From an uncultured Pseudomonadota bacterium (GTDB lineage: Bacteria > SAR324 > XYD2-FULL-50-16): a stretch of 41,730 nt of DNA. The stretch covers positions 1 through 41,730 of the forward strand of contig CAZLTI010000002.1 in NCBI GenBank assembly GCA_964562335.1, in the 5' to 3' direction. The stretch's first letter is position 1. Every line of letters starts with the position of its first letter. Below, piece by piece: positions 18,206 through 27,246 of the stretch. The translations under genes were made by a program, and so were the position numbers. The notes beneath the pieces were generated by a model. That model was not told the DNA's origin, searched no databases, and saw nothing but the letters and a program-made list of their open reading frames with translations.

Positions 18206-18991
18206 CTACGAAGACTGCAGAAAACCTGCAAAAAAAAGATGGTACCGCAGCAATTCGGAAGGAACCGACACGGAGAAAAACAGGACAAAAACCTCGACGA
18301 GTTCGGAACCGGCTCCCAGCAAATCTCCCGTGACGCCCCCGGCTCTCTTCAGGCACCATTTGCCGAAGCCCCGAATCAGGATCGCCGCAAGGAAGAAACA
18401 CAGAAGTCCGGTAAAATTGTACAGGATCGCCAAAACGCCCAACGCCAGAATGTGGGCCGTTAATCGATGCAGGCCGTTCGCGTTCGCCAGATAGGAAAAT
18501 GCGGTGCCCTCTCTTCTTGCATAGGGCAGGCAGACTGCCAACTCCACCTGCATAGCGCGCGAGACGATATAGGCGGCTACGATCCATTCCAGCCGGTGCA
18601 GTTCTATCATTTTGACAACGGCGACCCATTTGGAAAGCAAAATCAATACTAAAGCGATCGTTCCGAATGCTCCCAGATGGGTATCCTTCATAATCGTCAG
18701 AACTCTCTGCGGAGAATTTCCTCCCCAAAATCCATCGGCCCAATCCGCAACGCCATCAAGGTGCAGACCCCCGGTGATAAGCACGCTCAGGCCGATACAG
18801 ACGATTGCGACTCCCTCCGGCCAGTCCATCCAAAAAGTAGACGACAGCAAAACAGCCGTGAGATATACGATGCCTCCCAGCAGAAACCCGACAGCCGGAA
18901 ACCAGACCAGAGCATCGGAAAAACGGCGGGCTTCCCTCCCCGGAATCGGAAGGGAGCTTAGGGTACGAATGGCGGTAACGATTCCTTTCAT
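18206..18991 (-). CDS. cobS: Adenosylcobinamide-GDP ribazoletransferase (cobalamin synthase)
   Basis: The polytopic protein shows CobS-type blocks (LSSLPIPG, FPAVGFLLGG, TGGLHLDGVADWADG). The track start at 19003 is TTG, so I use the ATG four codons in (18991). Confidence 0.85.
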   Translation of the reverse strand: MKGIVTAIRTLSSLPIPGREARRFSDALVWFPAVGFLLGGIVYLTAVLLSSTFWMDWPEGVAIVCIGLSVLITGGLHLDGVADWADGFWGGNSPQRVLTIMKDTHLGAFGTIALVLILLSKWVAVVKMIELHRLEWIVAAYIVSRAMQVELAVCLPYARREGTAFSYLANANGLHRLTAHILALGVLAILYNFTGLLCFFLAAILIRGFGKWCLKRAGGVTGDLLGAGSELVEVFVLFFSVSVPSELLRYHLFFAGFLQSS

Positions 18992-19046
18992 CGGTTTTGG
19001 CAAGCGACGCGAAAGGCGACGGAAAATCGGAGCGGCGGTTTATTGC

Positions 19047-21311
19047 CTACAATCCTTTGAACTTCTCGATCAGAGCTTGGATATCCGTTTCGGCCTTTCC
19101 GGTCGACTTGGGTTGGGGGCCGGCACTTTGACTCTTTTTGGATTGTTTCCGTTTTGGAGGAGTTTTCTTTTTGGTACGGCTTCTTTCCGGTTTCATGGTC
19201 AGTTTGATGCGATTTCGCTTCAGGTCCACGCGCAGGACGCGAACGGTAACGACGTCGCCGACGCCACATACCTCCGACGCCTCTTTGACAAAACGATTCG
19301 ACAACTCGGAGATGTGCACCAAACCGTCAAGATGGACTCCAAGATCGACAAACACACCGAACTTCGTCAAATTGGTTACGGTTCCCTCCAGTTCCATTCC
19401 GACCTTTACATCCTCCGCCTTTCGTACATCGTCGTCCAGTTTGGCAGCGACATAAACGGTCCGGGGATCTCGACCGGGCTTTTTCAATTCCGCCACAATA
19501 TCCTTCAAAGTGAGCAGCCCCACCTCTTCCGTTTCGTATTTCGACAATACGATCCGGTTTAATGCCGCTTCGTTGCCGATTAGGTCGGAAACGACCAAAT
19601 CCAGATCGCCCGCCATTTTCAAAACGGTGGTATAGTTTTCCGGATGCACAGCGGACTGATCGAGAGGGTTTTTGCCACCGCCGATTTTCAGAAATCCTGC
19701 GGACTGTTCGAAGCATTTTGGGCCGAAACGCGGCACCTTCAGCAACTCCCCGCGCTCCCCAAAGGCTCCATGTTCGTTTCTGAAATCGACGATTCCCTTT
19801 GCCAGAGCAGCATTCAATCCCGATACGTAGGAGAGCAGAGAGGCCGAAGCCGTATTCAGATTGATCCCGACATAGTTCACGCAGGATTCCACCACCTCAT
19901 CCAGCGATCGTTTCAATTTCTTCTGGTCTACGTCGTGCTGATACTGCCCGACTCCAATGGATTTCGGATCGATTTTCACCAGTTCCGCGAGAGGATCCTG
20001 AAATCTTCGACCAATGGAGACTGCTCCCCTGTAGCTGACGTCCAGATCCGGAAACTCCTCTCGCGCCAGATCGGAAGCCGAATAGACGGATGCACCCGAT
20101 TCGTTGACAAAAACTGGCTCTATGTCCGAGTTTTCCGCCTTTTTTAGATAGTCCCCGACGAACTGCATGACCTCTCGCGACGCCGTGCCGTTTCCGATGC
20201 AGATCGTATCGAACCGATGTTTTCGGATCAGTCCCTCAAGGATTTTTTCGGATTTGGCTGTCTGGTTTCGCGGAGAAACCGGAAATATTGTTCCCTTTTC
20301 CATCAGTTTTCCGGTCGAGTCCACAACAACCCACTTGGAGCCCGAAACAAAACCGGGATCGATTCCCAATATGGTTTTTGCTCCACCCAGGGGAGCGAGG
20401 AGCAATTTTTTCAGATTTTCGCCGAATACCTTGATGGATTCTTCGTCTGCCTTCCGTTTCAGGATCAATCGGATTTCCGTTTCGATAGAGGGCATGATCA
20501 GCCGGTGCAGTGCGTCGTCCACAATTATGGCCAATTGCTCTCTGCCCGTTTTGTCGCTGTCGATCCATTTGTCGCGAACGATGGCAACAATGTCATCCAT
20601 TGGCGATTCGATACCGATTTTCAAAACCGACTCCTGTTCGCCTCTGCGGATAGCCAGGTAGCGATGAGCCGGAACGTTTCCGATCGACTCGGAATAGTCG
20701 TAGTATCGTTCGTATTTGCTCTTCTCGCCCTCGAACTCCTTGTGAACACGGGTATGAATCACCCCTTTCGACCAACATGCCAGTCTGATCTTTTCTCTGA
20801 TCTCCGCATCTTCCGAGATCCATTCCGCTACGATATCCCCGGCGCTTTGAACTGCTTTCGATTCGTCGATCTCGACATCTTCCCTTTCGAGATATTGATT
20901 CAGCCACGCGGAACAGTCGGACTGATCGCGTATTCGCTCCGCTAGCGGTTCCAATCCCATTTCCCGTGCAGCCGTTGCTCTTGTCCGCCTCTTGGGTTTG
21001 TACGGCAGGTACAGATCCTTCAATATCTGCTTGGTTGCGGCCGCATCTATCCGACTCTTGAGAGCTTCGGTCAGCTTTCCCTGCTCTTCGATGGAGTTCA
21101 GCACACTCTTCCTGAGATTCTCCAGGTCGATCAGATACTCGTTGCGGTCGCGGATATCGCGCAACTGCACTTCGTCCAGATTCCCAGTTCTTTCCTTGCG
21201 ATACCGGGCAATAAAGGGAATCGTGTTGCCCTCGCTCAACAGACCGATCACCGCAGAGACCTGATTCGACTCAAGCTTCTTTTCGTTGGCGATAATTTTG
21301 GAAATATCCAT
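19047..21311 (-). CDS. tex: Tex-like transcription accessory protein with S1 RNA-binding domain
   Basis: The N-terminal Tex block is TIPFIARYRKERTGNLDEVQLRDI. The central region is YqgF/RuvC-like and HhH-like. The S1 domain is VGMELEGTVTNLTKFGVFVDLG..DGLVHISEL, followed by a basic C-terminal tail. Confidence 0.92.
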   Translation of the reverse strand: MDISKIIANEKKLESNQVSAVIGLLSEGNTIPFIARYRKERTGNLDEVQLRDIRDRNEYLIDLENLRKSVLNSIEEQGKLTEALKSRIDAAATKQILKDLYLPYKPKRRTRATAAREMGLEPLAERIRDQSDCSAWLNQYLEREDVEIDESKAVQSAGDIVAEWISEDAEIREKIRLACWSKGVIHTRVHKEFEGEKSKYERYYDYSESIGNVPAHRYLAIRRGEQESVLKIGIESPMDDIVAIVRDKWIDSDKTGREQLAIIVDDALHRLIMPSIETEIRLILKRKADEESIKVFGENLKKLLLAPLGGAKTILGIDPGFVSGSKWVVVDSTGKLMEKGTIFPVSPRNQTAKSEKILEGLIRKHRFDTICIGNGTASREVMQFVGDYLKKAENSDIEPVFVNESGASVYSASDLAREEFPDLDVSYRGAVSIGRRFQDPLAELVKIDPKSIGVGQYQHDVDQKKLKRSLDEVVESCVNYVGINLNTASASLLSYVSGLNAALAKGIVDFRNEHGAFGERGELLKVPRFGPKCFEQSAGFLKIGGGKNPLDQSAVHPENYTTVLKMAGDLDLVVSDLIGNEAALNRIVLSKYETEEVGLLTLKDIVAELKKPGRDPRTVYVAAKLDDDVRKAEDVKVGMELEGTVTNLTKFGVFVDLGVHLDGLVHISELSNRFVKEASEVCGVGDVVTVRVLRVDLKRNRIKLTMKPERSRTKKKTPPKRKQSKKSQSAGPQPKSTGKAETDIQALIEKFKGL

Positions 21312-21374
21312 GGCACCTCGGGTTCAATGCTCTTTATCAATGGGAAGGGGAGATTCCTACAAAGACCGCAGCCG

Positions 21375-23060
21375 CTACTCCTGTTTTACCGCGATCGGCA
21401 TACGCCAACCGGTTCCAAATGCCCGATCCGTAACCTTCAGTCCGGGAGCGGCCTGTTTTCTTTTAAATTCGGCCCTTTTTACCAGATACGCAATTTGGTC
21501 GACAATCTCTTTCTTGTATCCTTTTTTTACAATTTGAAAAGGCGCACAGTGGTTTTCGATCATCAACTCCAAAATTTCATCCAGCATCCGGTAGTCCGGC
21601 AGACTGTCCCGATCCCTTTGATTCGGTCGCAGCTCCGCCGACGGAGGTTTGGCGATTATGCTCTTCGGGATGGTCTCCCCCTGTTTCTCGTTGATCCATT
21701 CGGCCAGCCGGTACACCATCGTTTTGGGCAGATCGGCAATAACGGCCAGACCGCCGCACATATCTCCGTATATCGTACAGTAGCCCACGGCCAATTCCGA
21801 TTTGTTCCCCGTGGCAAGCAGGATGGAATTGTACTTGTTGGAAACGGCCATTAAGATAGTGCCGCGAATTCTGGCTTGGATGTTTTCTTCGGTAACATCC
21901 GAATCCCTCCCGGCAAAGAGGTCTTTCAAAGCGCCATCAAAGGAGTGCATTACCGTTTCAATGGGAATCGTCTCCGTAGCGATGCCGAGATTTTTCGACA
22001 GATGCAGCGCATCCTCGATGCTTCCTCGGCTGGAGTAGGGGGAAGGCATCAGCAAGGCCAATACGTTCTCCGGTCCGATCGCCGCTGCGGCTATCGCGGC
22101 TGTCAGGGCCGAATCTATACCGCCGGAAAGTCCCAACAGGGCCCTTTTGAATCCGCATTTGCGGATATAGTCCCGCGTGCCGGCAACTAAAGCTTCGTAC
22201 AGGGATTCGCTTTCGCACAGAATAGGCTCGATTCGATTTTGTCGATTGGAATCGACATGGACGATCAGGAAGTCCTCCTCAAACGCTTTGGCCCGCGCCA
22301 ACAACCTGCCGGCACTGTCGAACGCACAGCTTGCGCCGTCGAATATCAATTCGTCGTTTCCGCCGACTTGATTGACGCCGACGACCGGCGTTTTGGATCG
22401 GCGGGCCGTTTCGGACAGAAGCGCCTCTCTCCGTTTCGGTTTTGTGACGGCAAAGGGAGAGGCTGCAGTATTGACAATCAGATCCGCCCTTTCCTGCCGA
22501 ATCTCCTCCAGCGGGTTGTGACGATAGATTGGCGAAGCCTCCGTTGAATCGTTCCAGATGTCTTCGCAGATTGTGACTCCGATTTTGCGTCCGCCCAGCT
22601 TCAATATCTGACTGCTTTGCGAGCTTTCAAAATAGCGCATTTCGTCAAACACGTCGTAATTGGGAAGAAGTCTCTTGCGAACGGTTGCGACAACATTTCC
22701 GTCTCTCAGAAGAAATATGGAATTGAACAGCGGTTTTCCCATACCCGATTCGTTAAACTCCACGCCTCCGATCAGAATGGGCGAGGAGCTTTTCAGAGTC
22801 GTCGCGAGATTGTCTATGGTCTTTCCGACGGATTCGACTACGGCCCGATTCAACAGATAGTCTTTGGGAGGATACCCGATCGCAGAAAGTTCGGACGTGA
22901 TAAATAGATCGATGGCGTGTTCCCTTTCGATTCTTCGGACGGCTTCGACGATTTTTTGAGAGTTTCCGACAAGATCGCAGACGCGATAGTTGAGTTGAAG
23001 AATACAGATTTTCACAAGATACAGAAAAAAAAGGTCGCAAGAATCGATAACGAAGCTCAT
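21375..23060 (-). CDS. nadE: Glutamine-dependent NAD+ synthetase
   Basis: The N-terminal domain is a CN-hydrolase (nitrilase-like) fold. The C-terminal NAD synthetase domain has the PP-loop LGLSGGIDSAL. The ATG at 23060 follows GGGGA. An in-frame GTG at 23015 (VKICILQLN..) aligns better with typical N termini but has no SD. Confidence 0.9.
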   Translation of the reverse strand: MSFVIDSCDLFFLYLVKICILQLNYRVCDLVGNSQKIVEAVRRIEREHAIDLFITSELSAIGYPPKDYLLNRAVVESVGKTIDNLATTLKSSSPILIGGVEFNESGMGKPLFNSIFLLRDGNVVATVRKRLLPNYDVFDEMRYFESSQSSQILKLGGRKIGVTICEDIWNDSTEASPIYRHNPLEEIRQERADLIVNTAASPFAVTKPKRREALLSETARRSKTPVVGVNQVGGNDELIFDGASCAFDSAGRLLARAKAFEEDFLIVHVDSNRQNRIEPILCESESLYEALVAGTRDYIRKCGFKRALLGLSGGIDSALTAAIAAAAIGPENVLALLMPSPYSSRGSIEDALHLSKNLGIATETIPIETVMHSFDGALKDLFAGRDSDVTEENIQARIRGTILMAVSNKYNSILLATGNKSELAVGYCTIYGDMCGGLAVIADLPKTMVYRLAEWINEKQGETIPKSIIAKPPSAELRPNQRDRDSLPDYRMLDEILELMIENHCAPFQIVKKGYKKEIVDQIAYLVKRAEFKRKQAAPGLKVTDRAFGTGWRMPIAVKQE

Positions 23061-23142
23061 CGAGTCCCCGTTGTTGCGGCAAACGGACAGGCCGGCTGGA
23101 TCGATATCGTCACCGGGCTTCGAGCCTTCCGCCCGACCGGCT

Positions 23143-23874
23143 CTATCCGCCGAAGAGACCGATGATTCTTTTCCAAACCCCTCCCTTTTTGGGTTCGGCG
23201 GGGTTTTCCTTCTTTTTTTGGGGTTTTTCCCTGGCTTCCCTTTCCAGCTCTTTGAACCTCCGCATGGGGTCTGCCACCGGCTCCTTCAGCAGAGAATTGA
23301 GAATTCCAAACAGATTTCCAAAGTCCCTTGAAGTTTTGATCGCACCTTCAATGACGAGCGTAGGTGTCGAGTCGATATCGGCCTGCTTGGCAAAGGCGAT
23401 GCTGTCGTTCATTTTTTTGACGATTCCGGGATCTTCCATCAGCTCGTCGAATTCCCTGCTCAATCCCTCCAGAATGGCAACGTTTTTCAGAATCTCTTTC
23501 GTATCGATCCGGTTGCCCACCTCCTCCCCCTGCTCGAACACGAAGGAAAAAATCCGGTCTTTTACCTGCTGTCCCTTTCCCTTCTTTACGCCGATATAGT
23601 AGAGACGGCCGGGATTGTGTCCGACCCATCCGACTGGTCTGCTTTCGATTTCCAGTTTTCCTTCAAAGGTCTTTTCGATCAGCGGAAGTACTTTGTTCAG
23701 CTCGAAGCAGTGAGAGCATGTGAACGAAAAGACCTCGTCGACATGCACCTTGTCCAGCGAATGCTCTGCAGGCGGGAGCAACGGCGCAATTATGTCGTAG
23801 TTTCCCGGTATGGCGGCTATTCCCTCAAAGAGCAGGAAAGGCAGAAGAATCGCCGTTAGTAGAGATTTTTTCAT
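23143..23874 (-). CDS. DsbA-like thiol:disulfide oxidoreductase (thioredoxin fold) with signal peptide and a Lys-rich C-terminal tail
   Basis: The signal-like N terminus is MKKSLLTAILLPFLLFEGIAA. The CxxC motif sits in FSFTCSHCFEL, and TPTLVIEG resembles the cis-Pro loop region. The last 40 aa or so are highly charged (EREAREKPQKKKENPAEPKKGG). Confidence 0.7.
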   Translation of the reverse strand: MKKSLLTAILLPFLLFEGIAAIPGNYDIIAPLLPPAEHSLDKVHVDEVFSFTCSHCFELNKVLPLIEKTFEGKLEIESRPVGWVGHNPGRLYYIGVKKGKGQQVKDRIFSFVFEQGEEVGNRIDTKEILKNVAILEGLSREFDELMEDPGIVKKMNDSIAFAKQADIDSTPTLVIEGAIKTSRDFGNLFGILNSLLKEPVADPMRRFKELEREAREKPQKKKENPAEPKKGGVWKRIIGLFGG

Positions 23875-24136
23875 ATAACGATCCGGCTGACGGGTTGATT
23901 TTTTTGCATCTCCGAAAAATTATGATGCTTTGTTCTGCATCAGCTTTTTTGGGGTACCGTATCGGCGAAGTAGGTACCGGTGTCGGGTCGAAGCGATATC
24001 TTCAATTTGGAGGAAGAGTTCCCTGGGTTATTATGGGGAGGTTTTTTCTATGCATGTCGATTCCTCTACTTTGAAGCAGTTGCGGTTTTTATGTCAACAA
24101 TTGACTCGTATGGAAACAGGAGGGCGTTTTGTACCA

Positions 24137-24886
24137 TCAGCCGGATTTCGTTTGATGTTTCATCAATCGATAGGTTCCGTTTTGATCGATTTTAAGGTAG
24201 CGCGGTTCGGTATGCCAGTCGGGAAGGACGATCCCGGTCGTGGATTTTGATTGGGAAAAGATCGGTTTTTCCGGGTGGAAGTGGCCGACGATCAATAGAT
24301 CCGACCGAAAATCATCCCCCCAGCGAGCGAGAAAGCGCTCCCATTCCTGCTTGGGGAAAAAAATCCTAAATTCCGAATTGGTCCGTTTCAGTTTCCTTTC
24401 CAACACAAGCATAATTTTTTGGGCATAGAGGGGCGGAATCAGCTCGAACAGGGCTTTAAACAGTGGATGGCGTACAATTTTTCTCCAGCAAAGATATTTC
24501 CAGTCCCTGGAATTGACGGTATCGCCGTGAATAAAGCTTACTTTTTTTTTGCCCATTCGCAAATGCAGGAAGTTTCCGGCGATCGTATCGAAGGGAAGGT
24601 CGACGGTCGTTGACGTATTCCCCTTTAGGAAAAAAATGTCCCGATTGCCGACGACAAAATGGGTTTTGCCGCCGAGTCGACTGAAGCGCCGCAGTTCGTT
24701 CAAGAGAAGCCTAACGGCGCCCGTATGATATTTCGAGGGACCGGCCCAAACATGGAACAGATCCCCCAAAATGACGATCTCCTGATGCTTCGGATCGAGA
24801 GATCGAATAAAATCCGCCAGTCGCTCCGTATCCTTTTTTTTCGTGCCCAAATGGGCATCCGCAATGACAATCCACTCCTTTTTCAT
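24137..24886 (-). CDS. lpxH: UDP-2,3-diacylglucosamine diphosphatase (LpxH-family metallophosphoesterase)
   Basis: The motif series is IADAHLG, ILGDLFHVW, VGNRDIFF, IHGDT and VGHFH. The spacing, including the insertion after HGD, parallels E. coli LpxH. The SD is AAGGAG. Confidence 0.75.
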   Translation of the reverse strand: MKKEWIVIADAHLGTKKKDTERLADFIRSLDPKHQEIVILGDLFHVWAGPSKYHTGAVRLLLNELRRFSRLGGKTHFVVGNRDIFFLKGNTSTTVDLPFDTIAGNFLHLRMGKKKVSFIHGDTVNSRDWKYLCWRKIVRHPLFKALFELIPPLYAQKIMLVLERKLKRTNSEFRIFFPKQEWERFLARWGDDFRSDLLIVGHFHPEKPIFSQSKSTTGIVLPDWHTEPRYLKIDQNGTYRLMKHQTKSG

Positions 24887-25091
24887 CTCTCCTTACGTCC
24901 GAACGAACGCGGCCCTGCCGAACGTCGGGCCTCATTTCCTGTTGACAGATCCCAATTCCAGACACTAATGTCACGTCGACTCTTTATCGACGGAAGCCTG
25001 GACGTGGGTTGCTTCGCACCCTATTCGGGCCAGCGTCAAAAAAAGCGTCGACTGGCTGTCAATACGACACCAGATTCGATACTGGCAAAAC

Positions 25092-25168
25092 GGCGATGTA
25101 GCTCAGCTGGCTAGAGCGTGCGACTCATAATCGCAAGGTCGGGTGTTCAAGTCACCCCATCGCTACCA
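25092..25168 (+). tRNA. tRNA with CAU anticodon, elongator type (tRNA-Met; a lysidine-modified tRNA-Ile2 cannot be excluded from sequence)
   Basis: The manual cloverleaf is: acceptor GGCGATG/CATCGCT (G1-U72 wobble), D arm GCTC-AGCTGGCTA-GAGC, anticodon arm TGCGA-CTCATAA-TCGCA, variable AGGTC, T arm GGGTG-TTCAAGT-CACCC, discriminator A and an encoded CCA. There are no three consecutive G-C pairs in the anticodon stem and no 1-72 mismatch, so it is not an initiator. Confidence 0.9.
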
Positions 25169-25524
25169 ACTGTTTCGGTAGGTTGCCGTAAAAAAATCCC
25201 CAAAGGCAAGTGCTACAAAGCCCCAAAAGTCCTATACATCATATTGTTCCTTAAATATCAATATATTACGAATGCTGTTGGAAGTACCAAAAAACGTTTG
25301 ATTCTGTCAAAATCTTTAGTTCACACCCCGGTTTCACCTAAGGAATTCCTTTATGTAGACCAACCGCAGTGGTTTCTGGAAATCTCTTTCGATAGGAAAG
25401 ATAGATGCTCGGTAGAGCTGTAGCCGAGTTGTGTGCCCGACTCCTCAAAATCTTCTGTTCCTTTTCGATTGCGGTTGTGTCCGTTTGATAAAATCGCGCC
25501 TCTCGATTAAAGGAGAAAGCACTT

Positions 25525-25767
25525 ATGAAATACCTGCCCGTGGTACTTGATGCAACGTATCTATCGGACTATAAAATAAAAATAACATTCGATAATGGCG
25601 AAGAGAAGATTGCCGATTGCACTAAGTGGTTGAAAGGAGAAGTGTTTGAACCGCTTAAGGACAGAAAATATTTTCAAAAGTTCTTTGTCGACGGTTGGAG
25701 CATATCATGGCCAAATGGTGCCGACATCGCACCGGAAACCCTATATGAAGAAAGCGAACCAGCCTAA
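25525..25767 (+). CDS. DUF2442-family small protein
   Basis: The 80-aa protein has the pattern L.I.FDNGEE...........EPL.D...F..F.V..WSISWPNGADIAPETLY, characteristic of DUF2442. A strong SD (AAGGAG) lies 8 nt upstream. No DUF4160-type partner is visible. Confidence 0.7.
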   Translation: MKYLPVVLDATYLSDYKIKITFDNGEEKIADCTKWLKGEVFEPLKDRKYFQKFFVDGWSISWPNGADIAPETLYEESEPA

Positions 25768-25985
25768 CAGTAGGATCGATCCGACAGCCGATACGGAAAT
25801 GCTTCTCTATTGGCGGCAAAAGGAGGATCGAACAGTTCGTTCGTTTTTCGATGTCGGCGTGGACGCATCCGGCAATCTGTCGAATAATCTGGCTGCAGTA
25901 TACAAATCTTCATTTTTCTTTTCCGTGACAATCTGTCCGAGCTTGTGAAAACCATCTTTCGCAGAAAACCATCGAGGAGGTCCGA

Positions 25986-26246
25986 ATGCACAGCCTGATC
26001 GATCTACTCAGCTCCATCCTGACGCTTTTCACCTACGCCGTCGTCGCCCGGGCGGTGCTTTCCTGGATTCGTCCCAATCCGTACAACCCCCTGGTCCGGT
26101 TTTTAAACAGAATTACCGATCCGATTATGCGTCCTTTGGAACGGCTTATTCCCCCAATAGGCGGGTTGGACGTCACACCCATAGTGGCAATCGTTCTGAT
26201 ACAGTTGATTCGAAAATCGCTGCCGATGTTGCTGGGGGCCTACTAA
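25986..26246 (+). CDS. yggT: YggT-family small membrane protein
   Basis: The 86-aa protein has two TM segments and the YggT block ARAVLSWI.PN.YNP...FL..ITDP...P.R..IP..GG.D..P. The SD is GAGGAGG. Confidence 0.85.
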   Translation: MHSLIDLLSSILTLFTYAVVARAVLSWIRPNPYNPLVRFLNRITDPIMRPLERLIPPIGGLDVTPIVAIVLIQLIRKSLPMLLGAY

Positions 26247-26392
26247 CGCCCCTATTGTCCACGATCGGTCTTTTGGCCGATACTCTCTGCAAGACGGCCG
26301 CCTATTCCCCGGTCTGCCTGGTTACGAACGCTCGCCTGGAAAGGTGTACGGTTTTGGTCCGATCTCGATACGTTTGTAGCGAACAAGAGCCT

Positions 26393-27232
26393 CTATTTTT
26401 CGAATTCCACGCTCCACTCGCAACCATAACCGATTCCGTAAGTCTTGACGAAACTACCCTGGCAGACGGCAAGAGCGATATACGAAATCTCGTTGTTGTA
26501 GATTACCGGTTCTCCCTTTCCGACAAAACCAAAGGATTTTTCAAATAGCAGCCGCTTTTTGAACAGGATTTTTCCCCTGTATTGTATTGTCGTGGTAAGA
26601 TATTCCCCAAAAAGGAATCGCATCCTTTCAAAAAGAGTCAGGGGAATATTCGTCCAGACATTGCCGAAATTCGGATCGTCGATTTCCAGCGAACCGTTGA
26701 TTTTCACTCCCTGCACGGAGGGTTTCGTTATGGGATGCAAGACGATATCCTCAACCGGATATTTCGGTCCTACCTGTTGGTAGGAAATAAAGCCGCCAGC
26801 AAGCTTTGCTGCGCAGTATCCGAACAAATCCCTGCCGTGGAAAACACTGGTTCGTTCGTTGCCCTTAAGGCGATTGGTCGCTTCGTCGATTTCCCTTACC
26901 TCGACAATGCCCACACTCTCCTTTATATGCGTCAGCGTTCCGTTATCCGGCGTGACGACGTAGTAGCCGTCGGCGGTTTTTGCCACGCACGCCCTTCTTG
27001 CCGTACCGACTCCGGGATCCACCACCGATACGAAGATTGTCCCTTTCGGCCAGAATTTCATGGATTGAAAGAGCCGATAGGAGGCGCTCCAGGTATCGTA
27101 CTGGGGCAATTCATGGGTGCCGTCGATTATTTCGAGTTCCCGGTCGACGCTTTTCACCACCCCATACATCGCACAAACTGCACCCTCTTTATAGGTAAAG
27201 TCCGTTTGAAACAGGAGAATCGGTTTTTGCAT
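26393..27232 (-). CDS. S-adenosyl-L-methionine hydroxide adenosyltransferase family protein (DUF62 / SAM_HAT, fluorinase-chlorinase superfamily)
   Basis: The N-terminal LFQTDFTYKEGAVCAMYGVV block and the SVVDPGVGTARR block are typical of PF01887. The protein is 279 aa. It starts 14 nt after the ecfT stop on the same strand. Confidence 0.8.
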   Translation of the reverse strand: MQKPILLFQTDFTYKEGAVCAMYGVVKSVDRELEIIDGTHELPQYDTWSASYRLFQSMKFWPKGTIFVSVVDPGVGTARRACVAKTADGYYVVTPDNGTLTHIKESVGIVEVREIDEATNRLKGNERTSVFHGRDLFGYCAAKLAGGFISYQQVGPKYPVEDIVLHPITKPSVQGVKINGSLEIDDPNFGNVWTNIPLTLFERMRFLFGEYLTTTIQYRGKILFKKRLLFEKSFGFVGKGEPVIYNNEISYIALAVCQGSFVKTYGIGYGCEWSVEFEK

Positions 27233-27246
27233 GGAAATTCCGTTTT

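Noticed and set aside
19004-19046. A cobalamin riboswitch upstream of cobS-cbiB-cobU.
   Set aside because: The gap between the tex stop and the cobS start is only 43-55 nt, far too short for a B12 element of about 200 nt. The cob genes are probably read through from tex or use a promoter inside it.
25092-25168. Initiator tRNA-fMet identity, and a tRNA-anchored integrative element with an integrase.
   Set aside because: The anticodon stem lacks the three consecutive G-C pairs, and positions 1-72 pair (G-U), so this is an elongator-type tRNA. No integrase-like ORF and no obvious direct repeat of the tRNA 3' end appears in the following 1-2 kb.
25118-25423. A 101-aa ORF starting inside the tRNA gene.
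   Set aside because: It begins within the tRNA and has no SD. It crosses AT-rich non-coding sequence with an implausible composition.
26255-26548. A 97-aa plus-strand ORF between yggT and the DUF62 gene.
   Set aside because: It overlaps the 3' end of the well-supported DUF62 gene on the opposite strand. It has no SD and no recognisable motif.
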